Shown here piece by piece: positions 37,595 through 47,967 of a stretch of 64,000 bases of DNA. The DNA comes from an uncultured Nitrososphaerota archaeon (GTDB lineage Archaea > Thermoproteota > Nitrososphaeria > Nitrososphaerales > Gagatemarchaeaceae). Where the stretch lies: contig CAVRAG010000008.1 in NCBI GenBank assembly GCA_963718895.1, forward strand, positions 1,312,001-1,376,000, read 5' to 3'. The notes below the pieces were generated by a model. The model did not search any database and was not told where the DNA came from. It saw nothing but the letters and a program-made list of their open reading frames with translations. The first letter of the stretch is position 1; every line of letters starts with the position of its first letter. The translations under genes were made by a program, and so were the position numbers.

Positions 37595-38972
37595 CCGACG
37601 CGGACTTCACCAGTTTCACGAACTTCCTGAAGACGGAGCCCAACTTCTCCTCGGTGTCCGACTCCGCGAAGATCCTGATGATGGGCTCCGTCCCGCTCGG
37701 CCTGACAAGGACCCAGCTCTTGTCGTCTGTCCAGATCTTGAGCCCGTCAACCTTCTCGACCCGTTGGCCTCCCTGCCTCTCTATCGCCTTCATTATCTCC
37801 TTGACTCTCTCGGGAGCGACATTCACCTTCGTCTTTGCCTGGAAGAACCGCGGCAGGGTGTTGGCCATTATCTTGGAGAAGGGCAGGCCCCGCGCGGCGA
37901 GACACTCGAGCATGAGCACGGTGGCCATCCCGCCGTCCCTCACCGCGATGTGTGGTGGATAGATGCACCCGCCGTTCTCCTCGAAGCCGAAGAAAGCCCC
38001 GCGCTCAATCATCGTCCTTGAGACCTCGACGCTGCCCACCCTGGTGCGGATTACTCTGGCCTTCCGCCTCACGGCCACCGCCTCGACGACCTGCGAGGAA
38101 CTGATGGGTGTGACTATGGTGGCGTCGGGGGTCCCTTCCAGTAGGTAGTCTGCGATGAGTGAGCAGGATTGGTCGCCCCAGTAGACGGAACCGTTCTCGT
38201 CACAGAAGATGGCCCTGTCTCCGTCTCCGTCATAGGCGACCCCGAGGTCGGCCCCGACGGCCCGGACTGCAGCGCCGAGGTCACCCAGAGTCTCCGGAGT
38301 GGGCTCGGGTCCTCTCCCGGGGAATCGTCCGTCGATTATCGAGTTGATCGTTGTGATCTTGCAGCCGAGCATGTCGAGGAGGTAGGGCGCTGCGAGGCAC
38401 TGGGCCCCGTTCCCCGGGTCGACGACCACCGAGAACTTCCTCCCGGAGATGAGTCCGGTGTCGGCTTTCGAGAGAATCTCATTGAGGTAGGTCCGGATCA
38501 CGGACGGCTCGGCCCGCGACGTCCCCACCTCCTTCCAGTCCGCCCTCCTGAGAGAGCCGTCGCGGAAGACCTTCTCGATCTTCTGCTCGTCGAGCCTGGT
38601 GATCTCGATGCCGTCCGGGCCGATGACCTTCAGACCGTTGTACTCTGCCGGGTTGTGCGAGGCGGTCACCATGACGCCTCCTCTGTACCCGAGGGCCTTC
38701 ACCGCATACTGTAGTGCGGGCGTCGGCACGATCCCAGCCTCTGCCACGCCTCTGCCCGAGCTCATGAGTCCTGACGTGAGACCGAGCGAGAGCGCTTCGC
38801 CAGAGAGCCTGCCGTCCCTCCCCACCAGAATCTCGCCGTCCGAGAAGTAGGTCCCCGTGCACTCTGCGAACTTTATCACGAACTCGAGGTCGGCACTCAC
38901 CCCTGGGATGAACCGCACCCCGTTGGTTCCGAACAGCCTGCCTTGAGACCCCGTCACGGCGTCAGTTGTCAA
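37587..38972 (-). CDS. glmM: Phosphoglucosamine mutase / PMM-PGM
   Basis: LFGTNGVR, VTASHNP, YDGDGDR, GFEENGG, VRPSGTEP. Confidence 0.88.
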   Translation of the reverse strand: MTTDAVTGSQGRLFGTNGVRFIPGVSADLEFVIKFAECTGTYFSDGEILVGRDGRLSGEALSLGLTSGLMSSGRGVAEAGIVPTPALQYAVKALGYRGGVMVTASHNPAEYNGLKVIGPDGIEITRLDEQKIEKVFRDGSLRRADWKEVGTSRAEPSVIRTYLNEILSKADTGLISGRKFSVVVDPGNGAQCLAAPYLLDMLGCKITTINSIIDGRFPGRGPEPTPETLGDLGAAVRAVGADLGVAYDGDGDRAIFCDENGSVYWGDQSCSLIADYLLEGTPDATIVTPISSSQVVEAVAVRRKARVIRTRVGSVEVSRTMIERGAFFGFEENGGCIYPPHIAVRDGGMATVLMLECLAARGLPFSKIMANTLPRFFQAKTKVNVAPERVKEIMKAIERQGGQRVEKVDGLKIWTDDKSWVLVRPSGTEPIIRIFAESDTEEKLGSVFRKFVKLVKSASAS

Positions 38973-39171
38973 GATTGCTCAACATTAAAAAGGTTGGTGG
39001 AAAGTGAAAATTTAGCAGAGACATCAGCGCAACTATGCAAATATGGCAGGTCAAGGGCGGCGCCCGTGTTCGAATCGACGGTCGCTTTTTCGTCTGTGAC
39101 CCTCTAGGGAGCGCGTTGGACGCCGCGACTTGCAAACGCTTATGTTGAATTGGAATCAGGCGCCAAAGCAA

Positions 39172-39261
39172 GGGCCCGTAGCTCAGCACGGATAGAGTGC
39201 CAGCCTTCTATGCTCCAGTGGAGACAGCTGGAAGTCGCCGGTTCAAATCCGGCCGGGCCCG
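39172..39261 (+). tRNA. tRNA-Arg(TCT) with canonical 37/38 intron (39211-39225)
   Basis: GGGCCCG acceptor, CCAGC-CTTCTA|A-GCTGG, GCCGG-TTCAAAT-CCGGC; BHB helix CTTC/GGAG. Confidence 0.95.
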
Positions 39262-39393
39262 CTTCACTTCGGTGTCGGAAGTCCGGACAGCGTTGGGGAG
39301 CTGCTGGGTGCGACCGGAGGAGAGCGCCGGGGACACGGTAGCTGGAGCGACTCTGGGGTTGGGTTTTAATCACCGAGGACAGGCCGGGGGAGC

Positions 39394-40776
39394 ATGCAGA
39401 AGAGGGTCGAAGACCGAGTGCTCGAGCGCCTCGTCGAGATCAGTGGCAAGGAGAACGTCATGACCGCTGGTCCGGCCATCGAGGACTACAGACACGACAT
39501 GGCCGACTACGAGGCTACGCCCGCCGTCGTCGTCAGGCCAAGGTCCGAGCTGGAGGTTGCAAGCATCGTCGGCCTCGCACGAGGGGCCGGACTCACGATC
39601 CTGCCGAGGGGAGCGGGTAGCAGCCTGACGGGCGCCGCGGTCCTGGAAGGCTCCATCGTGCTGGACATGCGCGCCATGGACAAGGTCGTCAAGGTCGACA
39701 CGGTGAACTGGTACGTCCAGGTGCAGCCCGGGTTATCTCTCGAGGACCTCAACAAGGAGCTGAGATCCTCCGGATTCTTCTTCCCCCCCGACCCCGCGAG
39801 CAGCTACATTTGCACCGTCGGAGGGGCGATCGCCGAGGGGTCGGGCGGACTCAGGTGCGTGAGGTACGGCACGATGAAGGACTGGGTCATGTCACTGCGC
39901 GTCGTGCTCGCGAACGGAAAGGTGTCCCGCTTCGGCGAGCCACTGGCGAAGAACAGGGCCGGATACGACCTTGTTCACCTGTTCGTAGGCAGCGAGGGGA
40001 CCCTCGGCGTCATCACCGAGGCCTGCCTGAGGATAGTCCCGCTTCCAACGGTCAGGACCAGGAGGTTCCTCGTGACGTTCGGTGACTGGGAGTCCACGGG
40101 AGAGGTGATCAGGAGGCTCAGGTCCTCAAAGATACTTCCGTATCTCTTCGAGTTCCTGGACCGCGAGAACATCCAGGCGCTGAACGAGAAGCTTGAGATG
40201 ACCCTCGAGGAGGCTGAGGCGACCCTGCTGGTCGACGTGGAGGAAGGTGAGGTCGACCTCGCCACGGCCGTCTTCAGGGACTGCGGGGCGGGCAAGATAA
40301 CCCTGGCCAAAGACGAGGACGAGGCGGAGGCGTTCTACCAGGCGAGGGCGATGGCGTATCTGGCGGTGAAGACCCTGGCCTCGGGTGTCCAGGTGGAGGA
40401 CGTCGCGGTACCGATCGACAGGCTGGGAGACTATCTGAAGTTCGTCAAGGAGGTCGCCGCCAGACACGGGATCAGGATCCCCGTAAACGGGCATGCGGGA
40501 GACGGCAACGTGCACCCGACGATACTCTATGACAAGGACGACGAGAGGAGCAGGGGCGAGGCGAAGCTCGCCTTCGAGGAACTCTGCAGGAAGGCGATAG
40601 AGATGGGGGGTTCTGTCACGGCGGAACATGGCGTGGGGGTCCAGAAGGTGCAGTTCCTTCGCGAGCAGCTCCTCGCACACGAGGGCGGGGAGGCGCTCAG
40701 GCTGATGAAGGAGGTCAAGAGGGTTTTCGACCCGGACGGTATCATGAATCCTGGGAAGTACGTCGAAGTGGCGTGA
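39394..40776 (+). CDS. FAD-linked oxidase, GlcD/D-lactate dehydrogenase family
   Basis: PRGAGSSL, PPDPAS, GSEGTLG, GHAGDGNVH, AEHGVG, MNPGK. Confidence 0.92.
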   Translation: MQKRVEDRVLERLVEISGKENVMTAGPAIEDYRHDMADYEATPAVVVRPRSELEVASIVGLARGAGLTILPRGAGSSLTGAAVLEGSIVLDMRAMDKVVKVDTVNWYVQVQPGLSLEDLNKELRSSGFFFPPDPASSYICTVGGAIAEGSGGLRCVRYGTMKDWVMSLRVVLANGKVSRFGEPLAKNRAGYDLVHLFVGSEGTLGVITEACLRIVPLPTVRTRRFLVTFGDWESTGEVIRRLRSSKILPYLFEFLDRENIQALNEKLEMTLEEAEATLLVDVEEGEVDLATAVFRDCGAGKITLAKDEDEAEAFYQARAMAYLAVKTLASGVQVEDVAVPIDRLGDYLKFVKEVAARHGIRIPVNGHAGDGNVHPTILYDKDDERSRGEAKLAFEELCRKAIEMGGSVTAEHGVGVQKVQFLREQLLAHEGGEALRLMKEVKRVFDPDGIMNPGKYVEVA

Positions 40777-40792
40777 GTCCGGGAGCTAAGCC

Positions 40793-41962
40793 CTAGAGGT
40801 TCTTCCGCATCCTCCGAACGGCCTCCTTCAGGGTCGCATCCTTCTTTGTGAAGGTGAAGCGGACCTTGCTCCTGCCGGCCTCTCTGTTCGCGTAGAAGCT
40901 GGAGGCAGGAACCGCGGCCACCCCGACCTTCCGGGCAAGGTCATTGGCGAACGCGAAGTCGTCGAGGCTGCTTATCCCGCTAAAGTCGGCGAGTATGTAG
41001 TATGCCCCCTCCGGTCTGAAGCAAGAGAACCCCAGCTCCTGGAGCGACTTGAGCATGAAGAGCCTTTTCTCGTCGTAGGAGGCTGCGAGTTCACGGTAGT
41101 AGGAGTCGGGCAGGCCCAGAGCCGTGACCGCTGCGCGTTGGAGAGGCGTGGCCGCGCAGACCGTCAGATAGTCGTGCACCGTCCTCAGCGCGGCGGTCAG
41201 GTTCTTCTCGGCAATCGCATACCCGATCCGCCATCCCGTTATACTGAAGGTCTTCGAAAAACCTGACACCGTGATCGTCCTCTCGTGCATATCACCCATC
41301 GAAGCGAGGCTCACATGACTCTTCCCGTCGTATACTATGTGCTCGTAGATCTCGTCGGTGATCGCTAGTACGTCGTAGTCTTGGCAGAGGTCCGCGACGG
41401 CGCCCAGCTCCTTCTTCGAGTAGACCCTTCCGGTGGGGTTGTTCGGAGTGTTTAGCAGGATCGCCTTGGGCCTCTGGCTGAAGGCCACCTTGAGGTCTTC
41501 CTCCGCCAGGGTGTAGCCCGGCTCTCGTGACCTGACGTGGATCGCTCTCGCTCCCGAGAGTATGGTGGCTGGGATGTAGCACTCGTAGAATGGTTCAGGG
41601 ATTATGACTCCGTCCCCCGGATCGGTGAACGCCATCACTGCCGCGGTGAGCGCTTCGGTGGAACCGCAGGTGACCGTGACGCCGTCGGCGTCCGTGTTTA
41701 TCCCGTTGAAACTCCTAACCTTCGCGGCTATCGCCTCCCTGAGCTCTCGGGACCCCATGGTCATCTCGTACTGGTTGTGGTCCCCCCTTATCGCCGCGGC
41801 CGCGGCCCGCTTGACCGCGAGCGGAGCCGGGAAGTCGGGTGAGCCCTGGGCGAGGTTGATCGCGCCCACCCTCTCCGCCAGCAGGGACATGTCCCGGATC
41901 GCCGAGTCGGCGAAGAGTCCCAGCCTCCGCGAGCCGAACCTTCGCCTCGAACTCGTCTTCAA
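40793..41962 (-). CDS. PLP-dependent class I/II aminotransferase
   Basis: INLAQGSPDF, NTPNNPTG, DEIY, SGFSKTFSITGWRIG; start inferred. Confidence 0.92.
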   Translation of the reverse strand: MKTSSRRRFGSRRLGLFADSAIRDMSLLAERVGAINLAQGSPDFPAPLAVKRAAAAAIRGDHNQYEMTMGSRELREAIAAKVRSFNGINTDADGVTVTCGSTEALTAAVMAFTDPGDGVIIPEPFYECYIPATILSGARAIHVRSREPGYTLAEEDLKVAFSQRPKAILLNTPNNPTGRVYSKKELGAVADLCQDYDVLAITDEIYEHIVYDGKSHVSLASMGDMHERTITVSGFSKTFSITGWRIGYAIAEKNLTAALRTVHDYLTVCAATPLQRAAVTALGLPDSYYRELAASYDEKRLFMLKSLQELGFSCFRPEGAYYILADFSGISSLDDFAFANDLARKVGVAAVPASSFYANREAGRSKVRFTFTKKDATLKEAVRRMRKNL

Positions 41963-42050
41963 GAGACCGCACGTACCCAACGGGGCGTATTTAATCTGAA
42001 ATCTCGGCCATCTTCTTGATAAGCCACACCGTGGATACGGCAAGGCGCGC

Positions 42051-43169
42051 TTGCTAACAGGTTTCGCGACGACAGAGGGGACTCTGAAGTACAGGGAGAG
42101 GGCGGTTAAGGACGGGGTGAATCCCGGCCATTTCCGCTCCTTCAACTCGCTGTCAATGTCCTCTCTGGGTGTGGGCACCTATCTGGGCGACACGGACTCC
42201 GCCACCGACCAGCTCGTGGAAGAGGCGGTCCGCGAATCGGTGCTCTCGGGCGCTGTCAACGTCATCGACACGGCGATAAACTACCGGATGCAGAAGGCCG
42301 AGCGTTCGATCGGCCGGGCGCTTGAGCGCCTCTCGGGCGAGGGCTCGGTCGGGAGAGAGGAGCTCTTCATCGCGACGAAGAACGGCTATCTCGCCTCGGA
42401 CGGCGACATGACCAAGGACTTTTGGAGGTACATCCAGGAAGAGTACATACGGCCCGGGAAGCTCAAGGTTGACGAGATAGCCGGCGAGGTCCACTCGATG
42501 GCCCCCAAGTTCCTGCTCGACCAGCTCGGTCGCAGCCGGAGGAACATGGGGCTGGAGTGCGTGGACCTGGTCTACCTCCACAACGCCGCCGAATCATGGA
42601 TACCCGAAATCGGGTACAGGAGGTTCCTAGAGCGGGTCGCCGACGTCTTCTCGCTCTACGAGAAGGAGAGGAGCGAGGGGAGGCTGAAGTACTACGGAAT
42701 CGCCTCCTGGACCTGCTTCAGGGTCCCAAGGGGAGACCCCGAGCACGCCAGCCTAGACGACCTGGTCGAGGTCGCGAAGAACGCCGGCGGGGACGAGCAC
42801 GGGTTCAGGTTCATCGAGCTGCCGTTCAACCCCGGGATGAGCGAGGCCCTCTCCGCCAAGAGCCAGAGGATAGCTGACGAGCCGCTCACCGCGTTCGAGG
42901 CGGCTGAGAAGCTCGGACTGGGTGCCTTCACCAGCGCCCCGCTGGGAGAGGGCAGGCTGCTGAACCACACGAGGGTCCCCGAGCTCGAGGGCTCCAGGGC
43001 GCTCTCGCTTCTCCAGTTCGCGCGGTCCGCTCACCCAGCTGTGGTCGCGCCTCTTGTGGGGCAGAAGGACCCGGCGCACGTGCGCGAGAACCTCAGAATC
43101 GGACGGATCCCTCCCCTGACGGGCGAGGAGTTCGCAAAGAACTACGGCGCCCTCCTCGAGAAAGGCTAA
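42051..43169 (+). CDS. Aldo/keto reductase
   Basis: LGVGTY, IDTAINY, IATKNG, DLVYLHN. Confidence 0.9.
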   Translation: MLTGFATTEGTLKYRERAVKDGVNPGHFRSFNSLSMSSLGVGTYLGDTDSATDQLVEEAVRESVLSGAVNVIDTAINYRMQKAERSIGRALERLSGEGSVGREELFIATKNGYLASDGDMTKDFWRYIQEEYIRPGKLKVDEIAGEVHSMAPKFLLDQLGRSRRNMGLECVDLVYLHNAAESWIPEIGYRRFLERVADVFSLYEKERSEGRLKYYGIASWTCFRVPRGDPEHASLDDLVEVAKNAGGDEHGFRFIELPFNPGMSEALSAKSQRIADEPLTAFEAAEKLGLGAFTSAPLGEGRLLNHTRVPELEGSRALSLLQFARSAHPAVVAPLVGQKDPAHVRENLRIGRIPPLTGEEFAKNYGALLEKG

Positions 43170-43196
43170 ATCACTTGCCGCCAATCCCGCAACCGG

Positions 43197-43439
43197 TTGA
43201 AGCCGGTCCCGCTGCTCCTCGCCCTAGTCGGAGTGCTGCTGGTGCTGGCCGGGTCAGTCTTCGTCCTGCAGGGGATGGGCATCGTCGGGCCGGACTACTC
43301 TTTCATGTTCAACAACCCGACCTGGATATACCAGGGCGTCGCCGTGATCGCCATAGGGGTCCTCGCCCTGGGCGGAGGGCTCTTCCTGTCCTGGAAGCAG
43401 AAGACCCGGGGTCCGCAGAACGGGACCGCGACCCGATGA
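43197..43439 (+). CDS. Small two-TM membrane protein
   Basis: Two hydrophobic helices around LQGMGIVGP..SFM..W. Confidence 0.75.
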   Translation: MKPVPLLLALVGVLLVLAGSVFVLQGMGIVGPDYSFMFNNPTWIYQGVAVIAIGVLALGGGLFLSWKQKTRGPQNGTATR

Positions 43440-43518
43440 AAGGATCGGGGTGGGGCGCCTACAGGGAGCCCCTCAGTTCAGCGCGTGGAAACATCGGGCG
43501 GTGAGACCATCCTGGGTC

Positions 43519-44481
43519 TCACCTTCGTCTCGTCAGAAGGGGTGTGGGCGTCTCTGCCAGGCGTATGTCTGCCTCGTATGTCGTGCCGGTCCTTACGAAG
43601 CTCACGGTCACCCGCTCGCCTATCGCGGACTTGGAGAGGGCGGTCACGAGCCCCTTCATCTGCTCGACCTTGTTCTCTCCGATGCCCACGACGATATCAC
43701 CCTCGCGGAGCCCGGCAGCGTGCGCTGGGCTGTCCCTCATCACCTCTGCGAGGAGGACGCCAGACTCGACAGAGAGCCCGTAACGTCTCGCGATGGAGGG
43801 GTTGATGTCGAGTCCGGAGACGCCGAGCCAGGGCCTCACCACCCTGCCGTGCTTTGAGATTTGGTCGATGATCCTCTTGATCGTGTCTGAGGGTATCGCA
43901 AAGCCCACGCCCTGAGCGAAGGGAATCATCGCGGTGTTCATGCCGATGACCCTTCCTTCGAGGTCTGCGAGCGGTCCGCCGCTGTTGCCGGGATTGATGG
44001 CCGCGTCGGTCTGGACTAGGCCTTCGAGGACGAAATCGGTACCCGGAAGGGGACGACCCAGGGCGCTGATGACGCCCATCGAGACCGTCGGTGCGCCGGG
44101 CAGACCCAGGGCGTTGCCTATCGCCAGGACGAACTGCCCCACCTTGAGGGACTCGGAGTCGCCGAGCATGGCAGACGGTAGGTTCTCGGCGTTCACTCTT
44201 ACCAGCGCCACGTCGGTGGCCGGGTCCGAACCGATAACCTCGCCGACGAGCGACCTTCCGTCCTTGAGATGGACCTGGACCTTGGAGGCGTCGTCTATCA
44301 CGTGGTGGTTGGTGACGATCGTGCCCCGCGGGTCTATGATGACCCCGGAACCCTGTCCCTCAATCGGCACCAGTCCGAACCTGTTGTCGCGGGTGAGCTT
44401 TGTGCTGTCGATGCCGACGACGCTCTCACTGAGCTTCTCGATAGCGCCGGTGACCTGGCTCTCCAGAGCGGTCAGGGGCAT
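43519..44481 (-). CDS. HtrA/S1C serine protease with PDZ domain
   Basis: TNHHV, DVAL, INPGNSGGPL, RPWLGV PDZ; no signal peptide. Confidence 0.93.
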   Translation of the reverse strand: MPLTALESQVTGAIEKLSESVVGIDSTKLTRDNRFGLVPIEGQGSGVIIDPRGTIVTNHHVIDDASKVQVHLKDGRSLVGEVIGSDPATDVALVRVNAENLPSAMLGDSESLKVGQFVLAIGNALGLPGAPTVSMGVISALGRPLPGTDFVLEGLVQTDAAINPGNSGGPLADLEGRVIGMNTAMIPFAQGVGFAIPSDTIKRIIDQISKHGRVVRPWLGVSGLDINPSIARRYGLSVESGVLLAEVMRDSPAHAAGLREGDIVVGIGENKVEQMKGLVTALSKSAIGERVTVSFVRTGTTYEADIRLAETPTPLLTRRR

Positions 44482-44561
44482 CTTCTCACCACGGGGGCCG
44501 CACGGGCGGTCCTGGTTCCGGAATCGACGGGCCCGGAGCGGGGCCTCTGGGATCCATCATC

Positions 44562-45482
44562 TCACTCGCTCTCCGGGGCCGAGCCCGGCGTGATCGAGAG
44601 CACCTCGACCTTTCCCCCGCGCAGGACCTTCACCTTGAGGGGTTTCCCTATCTTCTCCTCGGTCAGGAGCCTCTTCAGGTCATGGAACCCGGTGGTTGGG
44701 CTCCCGTCCAGCCCGAGCACCACGTCGCCGAACGCCAGTCCGCCGGTCTTCGCGGCGCTGCCGGCCTCGACTGATAGGACGATTAGCCCAGACTCCTGGT
44801 CAATCCCGGTGCCCTTTGCCACGTCCTCCGGAATCGGGATCGGGTGGGAGACTATCCCCAGATAGGCGCGTCCGACCGACTTTCCGGATGCTAGCTTCTC
44901 GACCGTCGCCGAGACCCTCTTGATCGGGACTGCGATCCCCCTTGAAGACATGTAGGCGATGTTCAGGGCGACCATTCTTCCTGAGGCGTCGACGAGCGGT
45001 CCGCCCGAGTATCCGGGGTTCAGCCTTGCGTCGGTCACCACCGCGTCCTCGATGCCGGCGCCCCACCACCCGCCGATGCTGCGCTTCACGCTGGTGATTA
45101 TGCCGGACGTGGCGCTCGCCTTCGTCGCGTAGGGATTCGCCAGTGCCAGGACGAACTGGCCGATTCTGAGGGACTCGGAGTCGCCCTTCGCGATGGGGGA
45201 GAGCTTGGCCTCCACCTTCAGGAGCGCGAGGTCAGAGGTGCTGTCCCGGCCGACGACCTTTGCGGTGAAGGTCTCGCCGCTGTTGGAGCCGACCTCCACC
45301 TCCTCGAGACCCTGGACAACGTGGTAGGCTGTGACGATGTGTCCCTGGTCGTCCCAGACGATTCCCGTTCCGTTTCTTCCGTCGGAGCTGACGCTCACGA
45401 CAGAAGGGCTGACGGTCTCAGCGACGCTTTCGACGGCGCTTGAGAACGTCTCTAGTATTCCAACCGAACTTGTATTGCTCAT
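44562..45482 (-). CDS. HtrA/S1C serine protease with PDZ domain
   Basis: TAYHVV, DLALL, LNPGYSGGPL, RAYLGI PDZ; no signal peptide. Confidence 0.92.
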   Translation of the reverse strand: MSNTSSVGILETFSSAVESVAETVSPSVVSVSSDGRNGTGIVWDDQGHIVTAYHVVQGLEEVEVGSNSGETFTAKVVGRDSTSDLALLKVEAKLSPIAKGDSESLRIGQFVLALANPYATKASATSGIITSVKRSIGGWWGAGIEDAVVTDARLNPGYSGGPLVDASGRMVALNIAYMSSRGIAVPIKRVSATVEKLASGKSVGRAYLGIVSHPIPIPEDVAKGTGIDQESGLIVLSVEAGSAAKTGGLAFGDVVLGLDGSPTTGFHDLKRLLTEEKIGKPLKVKVLRGGKVEVLSITPGSAPESE

Positions 45483-45554
45483 GCTTTTTGAGTCACTAAG
45501 GGTGTGAAGAAGAGACGTGTACTTGTTGACTGGGATTTCCGGAACCCAGTCACA

Positions 45555-46178
45555 CTAGTTGGGAATCAGGAGCGACTCGCCTAGCGAGTAGTAGGCTACC
45601 CTCTGGTTGGGCACCGAGGGATAGACCTTCGAGATGTACCCCACGAGCTGGTGCGACGCCCTTATCGCATCCGTGAGGTCCTTCCCTTCCTTGATGCGGC
45701 CCTCGATGGTAAGCTCTCCTCCCGAGAAGATCGCGTCGACCTGGATTGACCCGTCCTCGGTGATCCACTTCATGCTCGTCCCCTTCTCGTCCTCGGAGTA
45801 GCCCAGCCAACGGAGCGGTCCGAACCACCGGCCCCTCAGGTTCGAGACCGCCTCCCGCGGGTTCTCGACGTGGGGAAGCAGCGTCCTGAGAAGCGTGAGC
45901 CTCGGCTCCGAGGCGGCCAGCTGGCGCAGGCTGGTTACCTCCCTTCCCCTCTCGGTGACCTGGTATCCCTGCTCCGTCTTCTCGAGGATCCTCTGGTCCT
46001 CGAGCCTGTCGAGGATCCTGGAGAGCGTCTCCGAGTGAGCCCCAAGCCTCCTCTTCAGACCCTCGAACGTGAACCCGAGCAAAGCCTCCTCTCCTATGAA
46101 ACGCAAGACCTCCATGTCTCTGGGGCCGATCTCCAGGTCATGCAGGTTTTCCCTCTGTGCTCCGCGCATCTGGTTCAC
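45555..46178 (-). CDS. Winged-helix domain protein
   Basis: FEGLKRRLGAHSETLSRILDRL...YQVTERG. Confidence 0.7.
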   Translation of the reverse strand: MNQMRGAQRENLHDLEIGPRDMEVLRFIGEEALLGFTFEGLKRRLGAHSETLSRILDRLEDQRILEKTEQGYQVTERGREVTSLRQLAASEPRLTLLRTLLPHVENPREAVSNLRGRWFGPLRWLGYSEDEKGTSMKWITEDGSIQVDAIFSGGELTIEGRIKEGKDLTDAIRASHQLVGYISKVYPSVPNQRVAYYSLGESLLIPN

Positions 46179-46245
46179 GGGATGTTAGGTCGCAGTCGTA
46201 TTTATATATGTAGTAGTTGCATGAGGCTAAGTAGGTAATCCTGAC

Positions 46246-46605
46246 TTGAGCAAGTCCGTGCAGATTAACCGAGAAGTCCTCGATTCCTGCAAGGTGATTC
46301 ACGCATCGTGGAACGAGCTCACCAAGGTCTGGACCCTCCCGGTCATCCACGCGCTGGGACTCCAGGAGCCGGCGAGGTTCAACGAACTGAAGCGCAGGAT
46401 AGAGGGGATAAGCGCCACCAGCCTCGCGGAGAGGCTGGGCGAGCTCGAGAAGCAAGGGGTAGTCGCCCGCAGGGTCTTTCCGGAGAGGAGTCCTCCCCGC
46501 GTCGAGTACACACTGACCGCCAAGGGTCTGGAGCTGAAGGAGATCTTGAAGGAGCTCGGCGAGTGGGCCATAAAGTGGTCGCCCCGGCCCAGCGTACCAC
46601 AGTGA
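46246..46605 (+). CDS. HxlR-family transcriptional regulator
   Basis: RFNELKRRIEGISATSLAERL...PPRVEYTLT. Confidence 0.92.
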   Translation: MSKSVQINREVLDSCKVIHASWNELTKVWTLPVIHALGLQEPARFNELKRRIEGISATSLAERLGELEKQGVVARRVFPERSPPRVEYTLTAKGLELKEILKELGEWAIKWSPRPSVPQ

Positions 46606-46689
46606 CGCGGGCCGCGCGTCAGTGACGGGGGCCTTCCAAGTCCTCGACCCGAAATATGTAAGAGGGCCTTTTCGCCGACTTCGGCCATC

Positions 46690-47178
46690 ATGGGAAGCAC
46701 AGGCAACGGAGCGAAGGCCGGGCTCGTTGCGGGCGTAGGCTACGGCGCGATTCTCGGAGTCGTCAGCTACTTCACGCTCCTATCGATCAAGAGCACCGTC
46801 ATCACGACCATCACCAACAGCCTGCCCGCCAACTCCCCGTTCACCCCTGACCAGATCTTCGGCATCGCCCTGCTTCTGGCTCCCGTCTTCGTCGTGATCT
46901 TCGGGCTAGTCGGCGGCCTGATACTGGGTGCGATCTACGGCAAAGTGCTCGAGAGGATCCCCGGCGGGACGCCCGTGATCAAAGGTATCATATTCGGCGC
47001 GGTGCTATGGCTTCTGGTCAGCGTTCTGGGAGGACTTGGCGACCTCGGAAGCTACGGGGCCGAGTACTACCTGGCCAACATAGGGGCGGGGCTGCTGGGA
47101 GCCCTGGCCTTCGGAGTCCTGCTGGGTTACTTCTACACCAGGTTCACCAAGCCCAAAGAGACCTACGAGATGACCTGA
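46690..47178 (+). CDS. Four-TM membrane protein
   Basis: Gly-rich hydrophobic helices; KGIIFG. Confidence 0.75.
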   Translation: MGSTGNGAKAGLVAGVGYGAILGVVSYFTLLSIKSTVITTITNSLPANSPFTPDQIFGIALLLAPVFVVIFGLVGGLILGAIYGKVLERIPGGTPVIKGIIFGAVLWLLVSVLGGLGDLGSYGAEYYLANIGAGLLGALAFGVLLGYFYTRFTKPKETYEMT

Positions 47179-47204
47179 GGCGGCCGGGGTTCCCGGGAGG
47201 CCGT

Positions 47205-47601
47205 CTAGCCCTCTTTGTGGGAGGATTCTGCGAGTAATCTCGCCGCGACCGCGTTGTACGACTGAATGAAGTCGACTGCGAACGTATCTGCGTACTTCTC
47301 GGTCCCCCTGTGCTCTCCGGCAAACTGCCGCAGATGATGGTAGAACTCGTGCAGGATGGTGAAGGGGTCGTATAGATACTCTCGTTTTGCCGCCAGTATC
47401 TCCTTCCTGTTCGCGGAGTAGACCGCCAGGACGCCCTTCGACCGCCCCTTGACCACCCCCACCCCGAGCTTGGGTCTCTCGACCCTGTAGTGCTCGCATA
47501 GTAGGTCGAGCGCGCCTTCGGGATTGGAGTCCAGTATCGTCGCTACGACGAGAGCCCTGAACTGCTCCTCAGACTCGTCCCCAGCAGGCGTAGCCCCTCA
47601 T
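47205..47601 (-). CDS. Small zincin-like protein (HExxH); 1-nt shift in GGGG just after the ATG
   Basis: Frame open from ~47597: EEQFRALVVATIL...ILHEFYHHLR...HRGTEKYAD. Confidence 0.7.
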
Positions 47602-47607
47602 CCGCCG

Positions 47608-47886
47608 TCAGGCTTCGTCCATGGTGAACGTGAATCGAGCGCCTGCGAACTCCCCTGTGCCGGTCCTCTCCCAGGTCACCCTGTAAGACTTTGTGACCTG
47701 CTTCCCGATTACGCTAACCTGACCCGGGAGCTCGGTGAAGAGACGTTCGACCTTGTCCGGATCCTTCGTGGAGAGGAGGCTCCTCCTCCTCTTCATCAGG
47801 TACTTTACGGCCACGTTCTTGTGTTCGTGCCCTTCCACCTCGAACTTCTCCTTTCCTGTGTCGATCGTAAAGGACCTCTTCGTCAA
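47608..47886 (-). CDS. Conserved hypothetical protein (92 aa)
   Basis: TTG start; VEGHEHKNVAVKYLMKRRRSL...GEFAGARFTF; host-like codon usage. Confidence 0.75.
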   Translation of the reverse strand: MTKRSFTIDTGKEKFEVEGHEHKNVAVKYLMKRRRSLLSTKDPDKVERLFTELPGQVSVIGKQVTKSYRVTWERTGTGEFAGARFTFTMDEA

Positions 47887-47967
47887 CGGGGGGATTCGCC
47901 GTCGTCTTCGATTAATGGGTTGTGGTCTCGAATGGTTTGAATAGAGCCGGCGGGCAAGCGGCGTCCA

